Positions 1 to 12,062 of a DNA stretch of 64,000 nucleotides are shown piece by piece. Under the pieces are notes generated by a model. It did no database searches, was not told the DNA's origin, and saw only the letters and a program-made list of their open reading frames with translations. Positions within the stretch are counted from its first letter, which is position 1; each line of letters opens with the position of its first letter. Location of the stretch: contig OZ024743.1 in the NCBI GenBank assembly GCA_964016885.1, forward strand, positions 285,262,001 through 285,326,000, written 5' to 3'. This DNA comes from Eledone cirrhosa (lineage: Eukaryota). A program made the position numbers and the translations under genes.

Positions 1-548
1 TACATGCTCTATGACAAAAATTGGAATACTGGAATATATCTGAGCTAAATGTATTTATCTAGGCAGCAACTGGCAGCACCAGATCTTAAAGTTTGTCTTT
101 AATATAACTTACAGAGGAAAAATGGTGGGAAAATTTGTGAATAATAACTATCATACTGAAATATAAACATTAGAATTGAAGACTTAACGGTCTGTAATTT
201 AAAATTTCATTACAAAGTAAAAAAAAAAAAGTTTGTGATGATAGAATACTCGGAGATATGTAAAATTTCGGAAAAAACCTGATTCTTTTATATATGAGAT
301 TGGACATTTATAAAAAAAAAAATAAAAAGAACTTATTACAAAATTTCCATTGATCATATTTTCAATTTTTGATACATTCTATTAAGATTAAATAGTGAGT
401 CTTGTTACTCTGGAGTTTCGCCTGTATATCATAGGGTCATCATAAACAGGCGAAACTCCAGAATAACAAGACTCACTATGTAGCCTTAAAAAAATGAATA
501 TTTAAATTCTACTTCGGTATTGAGTACTTTTTTCTCAGCCGTCAACTA

Positions 549-737
549 CACACACATATATATATATATATATCTTTAAAATATTTTGTATTTTATCTGA
601 TGATAGCGTACCAAAATTTTTGGTACTCTTGAAATATATATAATAGAATAAATATGGTTTTATAAATAGTTTCCATTTATTTAATATCAATTGTATATAT
701 ATATATATATATATATAAGGGTTGACGGACCCAGCAA

Positions 738-771
<34 letters not shown>

Positions 772-1182
772 TATATATATATACATAATCAAGCAATCAA
801 GTAAATAATAAAATAAGTAGCAGTTATCATCCAGTCACTTAGGCAAATACATTCTACCCATTAAATACCCAGAGTAGCTAGGACAACGGGTTGGGTGTAA
901 TTTGAGGACGATTTGGTTGCTGTTTCTGGCAGGCCGAGTTACCACATTAAGACACCCTTTATAGTTGAAAAAAGTGCAAGACGTGTTCAAGTTGATTCAA
1001 TTATAATTATTACAGATTAAGCTAGGGGCGATTCGGTTGAACATACCGATTTCGAACTTTAATAAAGAGTCGGGACTCCCACTCTTTATAATATAATCAT
1101 ACTCTACAATCCCAAATATCGAGTACTCTGTTGAATAATGATCTAACCAGTTTCAAACTAAATCCACCCTTTATATACACAC

Positions 1183-1232
<50 letters not shown>

Positions 1233-1371
1233 CATACACCCACACACACGGGTGAAGCTTAAACTCTTTTAATAATTGTTGAAACCATCTGATTTATATG
1301 TATGTATGTGTATATATATATATATGGAATACTGTTGGCTTCTTGCTACAATACTTTCTATACCTTTCATT

Positions 1372-1402
<31 letters not shown>

Positions 1403-1408
1403 GTACCA

Positions 1409-1442
<34 letters not shown>

Positions 1443-1469
1443 TGGTACTTTGGGAGGGACATGCATGAC

Positions 1470-1517
<48 letters not shown>
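549..1517. repeat. Cluster of (TA)n microsatellites
   Basis: Runs at ~555, 693, 738, 1186, 1310, 1380, 1412 and 1472. Confidence 0.95.
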
Positions 1518-1519
<2 letters not shown>

Positions 1520-2413
1520 ACGAAGACGACGGCCCTAAATGACCATTCGATCGGCTAGAAATAGCAGCCAAATATCTCTCAATACACTCAAAATTATTCG
1601 ACATTTAAAAAATAGAACACATTGTCTGTCTTTGATCGTAGGTCTACTCGATCAGTATGAATTTGGGTTAAACAACAGGTTGTATATAAAAGCTATAAAA
1701 AGTAAAAATATTAAAATATAGTAAAAAAAGGGATATCGAACGTTTGTCAAGTTGTTTTTCCTATTTTGTTCAAAGTTGTATGAGTGTTTCATTTTAAGTG
1801 CATAAGTGTTTTGCTTTGCCATAGAAATAATATAGTTTAATATATAACAACACTAATTACATTAGTTCAAATACCAACAATAAAAATAACTCAATACAAT
1901 AACAACAGTTAACTGATATGTTTAAATATTATGAAGCAATTAAGTAAAACTAAGCTATGTTGTATTTCATGTTAAAGTTGTCTAATTAGAGATACAGAAA
2001 TAGAGCACACAACCTTTTGATAAAATCCAGTTATTGTACTGAAAATTGGAATAGAATTTTTTTTAAAAGTCAAGGTAAAATATTATGAAAACATTCGAAG
2101 ATAATTTACAAATGTAAAATATCGAGAAAATATAAGTTTGACTTGTTCAAAAGACCGCTTTAGCAGCAGAGGCGCCGCCTGTTGGTAACAAACGGAAGTA
2201 AGTGGCGTTATATCCTTAGCAACGGTCGTTTCATTGTAATTGTGTCACTTCAACAAACTAAAGCCTTAATTTTATAAGCAAAGATAGAAAAGTGGTAGTG
2301 TGACAACCATACCTTTCCTACTTTATCCAAAGCATATTAAAAAAACGACGTGAAGAAATGACTTCGCCCGCGGAGTCCACAGTCTTAGACATAAATGATT
2401 TTTCCCATTGGTA

Positions 2414-2584
2414 CGAGAGTCAGCTTAAAAGGTCAGAGGCTGACCAAAATATTCTCATGGAATGACCAAAAGAGGTTTATTTTTCAACAGTTCCTGAAAA
2501 GAAACAATGTTATTAATAAGAAGAGTTCACAGCTCTAGCACCAATCCTTCATAGTCAGCCTATTAACTTTTCAGCTGACCCTCG
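2414..2584. mobile_element. Mariner-type MITE
   Basis: TA TSD; TIR CGAGAGTCAGCT.AAAAG / CTTTTCAGCTGACCCTCG. Confidence 0.8.
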
Positions 2585-2744
2585 TATAAGATCAAAGATT
2601 TGTAGTTGAGTGAGTGTATAATTGATTAAAGTGATTTCTCTACATTTGATTCTTGTTTTATTGATCCTGGAGGAATTAGTGACGAAGCTGACGACGTTTG
2701 CTTTTGAACTTAGTGCGTAAAGGGTACAGAACTAAATACTTGCT

Positions 2745-3288
2745 ATGTAGCAAAGTCAGGCTTTCTGACGTTTGATACTTCCCGGTATTTTATTCTGTTT
2801 GGCAACTGAAGCAGTGACCTTCACATTTACCGCGGCGTCCATGGTGTGGGAGAGAGCAAAAGGGTTACTGACTGTGGTGTCCCAGATGAAACATCTGCCT
2901 TTTGCCCAGGGACAAAAGTAAGATTGCCTTATCTCTTCCCATCAATTCTGGATAATCCAGCCGGCTCCAGAACTGAGGGGATATTTACCCGAGCTTGGGC
3001 CCGCTTAATGATGAGGTTTATCTCGGTGTGTCGGGTGAAGTGACCAGCATTCAGGCGATAGGACAAACCATGTTGGCCTGTGGAGTCGAGGGACCTACCA
3101 CAGCGACATCTCCGACCCCAACAGACACCGGCTCCCACTCGGAGTGCAATGGAGATGCGGAGCTCGTCCTGACTGAGAAGACTGCCAATGTTGGCCACAT
3201 ACAGGACATCAATCCAGTTCCCCGAGAACTTCGCACTTGCAGAAAATACGCGGCACCTAGAAAATTATCAAAGAGAGAGAGCTAAAAG
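2745..3288 (-). mobile_element. Decayed CRE-like (RLE-type) non-LTR retrotransposon, copy 1, C-terminal part
   Basis: LRISIALRVG...CRCG...HGLS...RHTEINLIIKRA...EPAGLSRIDGKR, then GRCFIWDTTV: zinc knuckle plus restriction-like endonuclease motifs; contains a stop. Confidence 0.75.
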
Positions 3289-5036
3289 TGTAGCAAGAGT
3301 TGCCTCCCTTGTTATGACAATCACATCACCGCTCTCTAGACAGGAAGTAGCTGGAGATACTTCCCGTTGGGGTGGCAGAACCCTTTTTGTCACTTCCGTC
3401 CTGAGACCCTATAAAAGGGACAGGTCAGGGCGATCTCACTCTCTCGCCTCCTGAATCTCAAAGTGTTAACAACACCTGCGACCTTGTGATGGAGATGACT
3501 CCTATCTCATTTCCTTCGCCATCAAGAAGAAGAATTCCTGCCTCATTTGCCCTCTTCTAACTAGCCTGGCCCTTCGGCCAGGCGTCTTCAGCCAGGCAAC
3601 CCTAACATGGTCTCTTGCGAGCTAACTTCAAAACGGTCCCCAAACTTTTCAAAATGGCTGCCAACGACCTGTTGCATTATCATTTTCTCGCGCAATAGAA
3701 ATTTTTTTTTTTTTCAACTTGACTTTAACCTTGTTTCGGCACGTGTGGGGAGCACACATCTCGACTCAATGAGATAACACACGCCATAGATAATATTTCT
3801 TGCCAAGGATTCTCCAGTCTTAAGCTATATTCTCCTATTTGTCGGTTTAAAAATTTACCTCGTAAATTTGCCGTTGAAAACTGCGCATTTATTCAGAATG
3901 CTTATTTCTTTGGTCGCTGGCCTCTTGACCCTTCCAGGTCAACGCATTCTCAACATCGACCATCAACTGTGGCTGTTATTTCTAACACTTTGCGTAACTC
4001 ATTTTTTCTTGGAAAATTTTTTCTGTGAATTTAAACAACATCGAATACGCTCACTCCGCGAGACAACAACATCAATAACAACACAACATCAACAACAACA
4101 ACACAGCTTCATCAACAACCAAAACCAGCAGAACAAGCCAGAGAATTTATTTTTGCAGCACTCTTCCTGTGAGAAAATCACACCGAATTTCACGTTGTAC
4201 CACAGTCTAGAGACCACCTGCATACATTCTCTGGAGGACACACTTTCTTTCCTGCTTTGCACACCTGTGAACTGTATTTTGAACATTTGAACTTTGACCT
4301 CTTCTTTTACTTTGATTACATTGTGTCTTTGAGTGATGGATAGATAGATGTCCAGTCATTCTCTGGCTAAGAGCGGTTGGCTACCTTGATATCTATCATT
4401 GATTTTTGCATGCATATATTTTGCTGTTTTCCTTTTATTGCAAACATTATTTTTTTCGTAATTTTCATGCCCGTAACATGCTCGCCATCTTACTCCATAC
4501 ATGGTTCATTCGATTTTTATATTTTAAAAATCTGGCGGGAGATAATTTAGCAAGAGTTGCCTCTCTTGTTATGACAATCACATCACCGCTCTCTAGACAG
4601 GAAGTAGCTGGAGTTACTTCCCGTTGGGGTGGCAGAACCCTTTTTGTCACTTCCGTCCTGAGACCCTATAAAAGGGACAGGTCAGGGCGATCTCACTCTC
4701 TCGCCTCCTGAATCCCAAAGTGTTAACAACACCTGCGACCTTGTCATGAGATGACTCCTGTCTCATTTCCTTCGCCATCAAGAAGAAGAATTCCTGCTTC
4801 ATTTCCTTCGCCACTCAAGAAGAATGCCACCGGCAGCCTAAGAAAATGTTAACACCTCCAAGAGAAGATCTCTGTTCTTCTCCACACACTTCAGCCTAGG
4901 AGTTGTGACCAACGGGTAACCATTTATTTATATTAATCCATTTGACTTCTGTGAAGTAAAACCTTGTCACAACACACACCGGCATTTATTGTCATTTCTG
5001 ATAATGCATATATGTACACCGATACTAATCTCCTAA
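3289..5036 (+). mobile_element. Non-autonomous LTR retroelement (BEL/Pao-like features) with a non-coding interior
   Basis: ~260-bp direct repeats (3289-3548 and 4546-4805) starting TGTAGC/TTTAGC and carrying TATAAAA; ...CCTAACA then PBS-like TGGTCTCTTGCGAGC at 3608; PPT-like GGCGGGAGATAA before the right repeat; 5-bp TSD AAAAG (3284-3288, 5037-5041). Confidence 0.75.
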
Positions 5037-5041
5037 AAAAG

Positions 5042-5340
5042 TTTCGCTCGAACGCAGATTGTCCCATACTCCCTGCTTTTGTCTATCCTCGTCAGTATCG
5101 GGAACTGACAAACCTAGCTCTCTCCGCTGTAGTAAAAGTTCATCCATATCCCTGGTAGAACTTGTTCATGTTGGAAAGGAGAGGATGTCACCCATAAAGG
5201 GGAGCAAGCGTAAGCGGAGGAAAGAACGCAAGGTAGACAAAGACGAGCATTTACGCAGACTGTGACCTTAAAATTCAGCGTGCGATCTTTCTGCACATTT
5301 ACAGTTCAACGGCCATTGGCAATTCAGTGTGCAATCTACC
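5042..5340 (-). mobile_element. Continuation of CRE-like copy 1 beyond the inserted LTR element
   Basis: Aligns by eye with 6500-6700 of copy 2 (e.g. GAACTTGTTCATGTTGGAAAG vs GAACTAGTTCATGTTGGAAAA). Confidence 0.65.
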
Positions 5341-5469
5341 TCAACTACGAAAACTAACTTTAATCCAGTAGTCAGGTCAGTTCATTACACAGCGTAGAGT
5401 ACGGATATTGTGATAAACCGCACGGTAAAGTAACACCGTTGTATGAATGGATACTATATTGTGCAAAAT

Positions 5470-5580
5470 AATTTTCTACTTTTTGGCACAAGGCCAGCAA
5501 TTACTCAGTGCATTACTGGTACTTTATTTTATCGACCCCGTAAGGATGAAAGGCAAAGTTAACCTCGGCGGGATTTGAAT
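5470..5580 (-). mobile_element. Same SINE family, truncated
   Basis: 3' half matches the family. Confidence 0.8.
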
Positions 5581-5829
5581 GTGCAAAATAATGACGGTGG
5601 AATCTATTTCTCCATAAAAAAACTGAATTAGTCCGTAGATGCATTGTGTTGCCTCGCGATTTTTTTCTTTACTCGTTGTCATGTATTCTCAATATTTTGC
5701 GCGTGTATATGGTCAGATGATTTATTTTACATAATTATGCATAGGAATAAATACAATATATATTTTTTAAAAAGGGAAAAATGGGAGAAAACAATCACTC
5801 TCAATAACACGCTACAAGGAGAGCTGGAA

Positions 5830-6790
5830 TTTCCCTTTAATAATTTTTGAAGCAAGCCAATATGCACCATAGCCGCCGGTGATAGCGAGGGTAAAACGCT
5901 GGAATAACCAATCACCCTTGCGTGCATCACCTAATACTTCGGTAAGGTGAGCCGCAAACAATTCAAGAACCTTGTTATCAGCAACACATCTCTCCCAGAC
6001 GTTTCGAACGTAACATACTGAAAAAATTATTTGCCTATAATTCCGGGTATGTTAGAATTTTATGCCCTTCAACTACGAATTCAATTACCTTCGACTTTGC
6101 TGCAGCATACAGAATTTGGAAAGGAACAAAAGAGTCACTAACTGTGACGTCTCTAATGAGACATCTACCTATTACCCAGAGGCAAAAAGTGATACAATCA
6201 GGCCTCTTCCCATCAACCTTGGATAAACCGGCTGGCACCTGAGTTTAGGGGATATTGACTCGAATTAGAGTCGCTTGATAATTAGGTTCAGCTCGGTATA
6301 GCAAACAAAACGACCTGTATTCAGGTAGCAAGGCTAACCATGAAGATGAAGATCCATGGAGTTAAGCACAGCATTTACATCTCCCATAGACATCGGCTGT
6401 AACTCTGACCGAGGAGGCCACTCATCCCCTCGTTAATTTGACACTCGCAGAAAGTAAGCGGCACCTTGAGTATTGATCAAAGGAATAGATGAAGATGTTT
6501 CTCGAACCTAAGTTTCCCAGCCTCTCTGCTTCAATCTATCCTGCTCTGCACCAGGAACTGGCAAACCCAACTCCATCCACTGTGGCAGAGTTTCATCCAC
6601 ATCCCTGTTGGAACTAGTTCATGTTGGAAAAGAAATGATATCCACAAGATGGAAACAAGCATGGACGAAAGGAAAAAACAGTGACAATCATTTAGGTAGA
6701 CCTTGGCCTCTAAATCGTTTGGGCAATGCAGCCTGTTCGCAGGATTTCGAAGGGAATCTGATATTAACCAAAGATTCGAGTTTCTCGAAG
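5830..6790 (-). mobile_element. Decayed CRE-like (RLE-type) non-LTR retrotransposon, copy 2
   Basis: PAGLSKVDGKRPDCITFCLWVIGRCLIRDVTVSDSF, then ETSG and WLFQRFTLAI remnants of the RLE C-terminus. Boundaries approximate. Confidence 0.75.
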
Positions 6791-7743
6791 ATTAGATTGT
6801 CAAAACGTTGCAGCGATAAGAATCTAAATGAGAGACTGACTTGAAGTATATACTTAAGAATCGATATGTATAATTCCTAAGTATAAAAAAAGAACTTTGA
6901 ATGAGTTCAATTACATCAATGTTTTGGGTTGCTCGAGGTTTTCCTGCGTGGAGAGAAATGTAGGCTCGAAAATAGGTTAGTAGTTGGGGCTCCTAAGGAG
7001 CACTATATCAATGGGGGGTTAGTAAACTGGTCTACTGTCGGTTGATGTGAAAACAGGTGGTTGAAGATCCAGAGCTGTTGACTTGAAAGCCCATACGATT
7101 GACTTCCTCAATGCATACTGGGATTGTTGATGTCTACAAAGTTCGGCCAATAAACAATGGTGTTATGAGTGTAAACATCACTTGCAATTTCATTCAAAAT
7201 TGCCAATAAAACGAACGTGTATAAACTTTCAGTTTCATTCACTTTCATATTTTTGTCGGCCATATCGGACACTAGTCTATACCACCGCCCATGAGCGGAG
7301 CTTGCAAAATGAGTCCGTTGAATCAGACGAGATATTTTCATTCTCTTTCAAAGGAAATCCGTCGTCAGTGATATCGTTTCAAAACAGGTCACACTACATA
7401 ATTTAGTTTTGTGTTCCTGGAACATAGAAAAAAAAATCATGATAGTCATGACTAGAAGACATTTGGTCATAAGTCTGCTAGTTCAAGGTTGATCTGGTGC
7501 TAAAAAGATAAAGGTTTTGGAATATTGCTCACATCTATGGGACAGTTCTGTCTGTAGCGTAACCAGAGTTTGTGCCGCCTGGTGTGGTCCTTAAGTCTAC
7601 CGCTACTCCCACGTAAAACAATGCATTAAACCAAATATGCCATTCGTCAAAGCGTACCCTCTTCGTCTGGCTACGCTATTGGGCTCCACAGTTACACCGA
7701 CTAAGATATATTCACTGTAATGTAACTAGCCAGCTACATACTC

Positions 7744-7927
7744 CAGACATGCCAACCTCTAAAAATCCAAACGGGGAGGACCATGAAAAAAAGTGCCCCA
7801 AAACGGGGGGAAATGGGGAGTTTTACATAATGAAAGCTATACCCATTTTCACAAGAGTAGACAGCTCTCACCCAACCTAAAGTGGGTTGGAACTCTCCCC
7901 GTCGTTTAGGGAGAGTTGACAGGTCTG
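7744..7927. mobile_element. hAT-like MITE
   Basis: CAGACATGCCAAC / GTTGACAGGTCTG termini; degenerate 8-bp TSD ACATACTC / ATATTCTC. Confidence 0.55.
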
Positions 7928-8599
7928 ATATTCTCTATGCCTAAGCCCGGCTGTCTCTCCTCTCGTCACCCTTTTCGTTTCTCGAATATTTCCTTTTGCC
8001 TACTCTTCCTATAAAATACAATAGCACTAGCCTCACCAGTCTGGACGGGTCTGAAAAGTTCATGAGCTCTGTTTCTCCTCGTCTGAATAATTTATATTTA
8101 AAAAAAGTCCCTATACAAGGAAACTGCTTACCAAACTAACCTTTATGGTAGTTCGACATGTTAGAAACAGCTGTCAAATACCCCTAGAATCCCATCTTAC
8201 CGTCTTAAAATATAAATTAGATAATGTTGTCCTAATTAGCCTAAAACGACGGTATGGCTATGGCTAAAATGTCTGATTATAGGTCTAAACGATCAGAGTT
8301 AAATCTAAAGTAAATCTTTCCGTGTATCAGCCTCGCCATCACACGAGGTAATGCCGCGAGCCTAAAAAAATTATTAGAGGGTTTCCCAGTGCTCCTCGCG
8401 ATACTGTTATCTTTATCTCTGGAAGCGGCTCGGTTGTCCACCCCTTTCGCCTGCCTTTTGTTGTATGTGGTCCCTGATGTATGTGCTAACCGCTTCTGTG
8501 TTTTTGTTTCTTTGTTTTCCTTTTTCCTTTCCTTTATATTATATTGGTTTGTGCTTTCGTTCTGTAAGCATTATTAAAGTTGATTCTATACATACATAA

Positions 8600-8836
8600 A
8601 AAAAAGAATGCAGCCGGAAGAAAATGAAAATAGAAAATAAATAACCGGATGTATTATTTTCTTCAGTAGTAAATTAGTCTTTAAAATAAAATAAAAAATT
8701 CATTGGAATTATTCTTCCTAGGCAACGATAACACTTAGAGTTATCGAACTTGACACACTATTTGCTTACATTCCTCTTGTAACGCATTTGCTGCAGTTCG
8801 TTGTATTTTGTAGTTTATCCATACTTCAAGGTGATC
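8600..8836 (+). promoter_or_regulatory. Probable ECHS1 promoter / 5' UTR
   Basis: Lies directly upstream of exon 1. Contains an ETS-like CCGGAAG (~8614), an RFX-like TTCCTAGGCAAC (~8715) and a CGATAAC...GTTATCG inverted motif. TSS not determined. Confidence 0.4.
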
Positions 8837-8951
8837 ATGGCATTGAGGGGATTTAACGTGATCCGACAAATAATTAGAAATAATAGTAAATACAATGGTT
8901 CATTACTTCTGCAAAATACAGTTCTTCCACTATCACGTTTTGCCTCTTCAG
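8837..8951 (+). CDS. ECHS1: ECHS1 exon 1 (mitochondrial targeting peptide)
   Basis: ATG at 8837; MALRGFNVIRQIIRNNSKYNGSLLLQNTVLPLSRFASS is Arg-rich with no acidic residues; donor CAG|gtaaat is phase 1, matching exon 2. Confidence 0.88.
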
Positions 8952-10142
8952 GTAAATTTCTTATATGTTTATATAGTTCAAAACTGGCTTTTTTATTTTC
9001 CCAATTGTAAAAAAAAATAATTCCATCTGTTCTAAGCTGGTATTAACCGTATGCAATAACTGTTGAGTTAGTTTGTTGTTAAATTGGTTAATTTTGTGTC
9101 TAACAATCGATTTCAATTCTCAGTTGAATTGAATTCACACCATTCACGCTGCTAATAATTACTAAATTAACTAATTATCTCTGACACCCCCCGATTAAAT
9201 TTCGACAACTTTCTAGCGTATTATGTGTTCTTTAATTCTTTTATTTTAGGAAATTAAAAGTTTCGAAAATATTATTGCAATGGTTGTGTTCTTAGTCCCC
9301 GGTTAACCGAGATTTAGGTATTTCAGCTGCATACAGCTCGCCTTTTTTAAGGTCATGTAGGACAGCATTAAAGATAGTATGTAGGGCGTGCTTTAAGGGA
9401 GATTTGGCGACCACTTATAGGCTCTCGTGTCGGCTTATCATTGTAAGCGTAAAAAAAAAAATAGTGACCTATAGATAAAAACGCCAATCTATAGATATTC
9501 TTAATTCTCGTATAAATCTGAAACTATCGCTTTGTCAGAAATCTATATCACAAAATAAATGTTTTAAGATGTTCAATTAATATTTAATTAGTATCTGATA
9601 GATTAAAATGTTATTGAAAAGGTGACCCTAACAACCGAGAAATGCAGTGCATATTTAAAATCTTATATCTGACAGTTTATGAAGACTACATTTCATGAAG
9701 AGCGGTAGAACGGTGGAGAGAATACCGTACGGTATTTAGTTGTATTCCGAGTCTCGATGGGGTCGATAAAATAAGTATTGGGTTGATTTAATTGAGTATT
9801 AACCTCCTATTTGTGCCATTGTGTCTATCTTATAAGTCGTTAATGTTTTGTAAGCCATTGGATCTTGGTAACAGTTTCTGTGGCTTCGTCTTCTTGGGGA
9901 GATTCAATGGAAAAAAAAAAAATACTCTAAAACTGTTTCTCCGAAGTACATGGGATGATTCGAACTCGGAACTGTAAAGCAGCGGAACACTTGTCAATTA
10001 ATTCAGTGCTTTTGTTATATATATAATTGAACTTCTGCTCCTATTTTCTCTTTTTTTTTTAATTTTTCAGTCATTGTGTTGCGGACATTTTTTTGTCGAT
10101 TATCTATCTGGTACCCCTTTCCAACAAAGTGAACCCGGACAT

Positions 10143-10375
10143 TAATAATTGTTTCTACTTTTGGCACAAGGCCAGCAATTTCTCCAGTATATTACGGGTA
10201 CTTTATTTTATCGACCCAGTAATGATGAAAGGCAAAGTTAACCTCGGCGGGAGATTACGGTAATAATGGTCTCTGATTTAGGCACAAGGACAACCGTTTT
10301 GAGGGAGGGGAAAGTCGATTAAATCGACCCCAGTGCGTTACATGTACTTTATTTCATCGACCCTGTAAGGCAAGC
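10143..10375 (-). mobile_element. Two adjacent truncated SINEs (same family plus a related subfamily)
   Basis: 10143-10251 matches the family 3' half; 10262-10370 is a variant also seen at ~27070-27190. Confidence 0.7.
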
Positions 10376-11664
10376 TAACCAGAACTTTCGAATGAGGCGG
10401 ATTAATTTGCAACTAAATGTAAAAATGATTATCAATTTTAAGCATCGAAATATGTGTCCTTTTCAGCATTTGTTATGTAATTGTGCATTGGAACGTTTAA
10501 TTTACTTAACTATCTATTTTTTGTACTGGGAATCAATTTATACAATTGTAAAATTATATAATCACAGCGTACACACCATGCAGCGAAAACAGTATGAAAC
10601 TGGGTATCTGAAAATTATTTTTGTGATGGTGAAGTAACAGGGCGGCTCTGATAGAGTTTACCTAAAACCAAAGGTATTCGAGTGGACGATATATACTATT
10701 TTGTTAGTGTTTAGCCTCGGGTGGGCAATGAGAGAACATATTTTGATAAGTTTGTTTTGCATAAGCATCTCTCCTTTATATTATGGATCTTTCTGTATTG
10801 TGAACTAAACTGTATATCATTGCATGCCAAGCTGTTTTGTGGTGGTAGACTGCATCCGTTGCCTAGTTTAACACCGCCCTTTTCATTTAGCGAAGTCCAC
10901 TCCATTGCAGTCATTCGGAACAGGTTTAAGGATAACCATCACTCGTCTCGGAGGCTCTAAAAAGGGTCAAGGGTGTCCCGACGACGAGTGTTCCAGTTCG
11001 TAAAGTTTATGTGCAAATGGCTGATCATTTTACGGATACGTGTACCTTAACGCAGCGCTTAGAGATATCAAACGTGACAGTGTATGATTGAATCATGGGT
11101 ACAAATTTAGTGTTGCCAACTGAATGGACGAGAGCAACATAAAATAAAGGACAAAGTTAACCTGGGAGGGATTTGAACTCAGAACATAAAGGGCTATAAC
11201 TCTTTGCTGCAAAGCATGGTGTCTGGCGCTCTATCGATACTGCCAAACAGTCAGCAGAGATTTTGAAAAGATGCAATTTCTTCACTTTCACTTCATTTCA
11301 TCATCATTACCATAATCATCATTTAATGTGCATTTTCTCTGCTAACAAATGTTGGACATGTCCCCACAGACCAAGTCAGTACTCAAGTGAGGCTACTGAT
11401 CTCTCAGATGAATTAGGGGGCCTGCATCTCACATATGGATCTGGGCTCTACTGAGTGCATTTTATTGTGACATCAGCACTAGGGAGATCTTATCATATCA
11501 CAAAAATTGTATCAGATCCAGTGTAGATTTGTTAAAGACCTAATGCAATCTTATGCACTTCCTATCACATAAATCTTATTATCATTACATAATTTATGTG
11601 ATGCAATACAGTATATAATTGGTGTAAAGACAAAAGGAATTTGTAATGCAGTTCACAAATATAA

Positions 11665-12062
11665 CGGTGCCAAGTACCCAGTCCACACGATAAAGTTGTC
11701 GCTTTGGTATCGCAACAAAAAACCCTTAGTGGCCGTTTTGGTGCTGCGACAAAAGCGCTCTGTCCACACTGTAAAGTGGTCGTGTAGGTGACATGACAAA
11801 AAACGACCAGTCCATACCATAACGTGGCTATTTTGGTGCTACAACAAAAAGCACCCAATCTATTTGGTGCCACAATAAAAGGCACCCAGTCCATGCTATA
11901 GATGTGGTTGGCATTAGGAAGGGCATCCAGTTGTAGAAACCAAGCCAGAAACAGATCTATGGGAGCAAGACATGGTCACCTGACCTGACTTGACTCTCAG
12001 TGGGACAAATCATCTAACGCATGCTAGCATGGAAAAATGGACATTACACAGTGATGATGATG
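11665..12062 (+). repeat. Same minisatellite plus RTE tail element
   Basis: About 5 units, then the tail and GATGATGATG. Further copies at ~50305-50760 (-), ~52447-52740 (-) and ~53500-53760 (+). Confidence 0.8.

Noticed and set aside
468-480. GACTCACTAT resembling a T7 promoter (vector contamination)
   Set aside because: Only 10 nt match, it is part of a native palindrome, and there is no other vector sequence.
535-1604. YIYIYI ORFs (also CVCV/HTHT at 59013-59422 and similar at 28020-28561, 60258-60561)
   Set aside because: Translations of microsatellites.
3868-4290. 140-aa Gln-rich ORF inside the LTR element
   Set aside because: Non-ATG start, low-complexity CAA tract, no recognisable gag or env motif.
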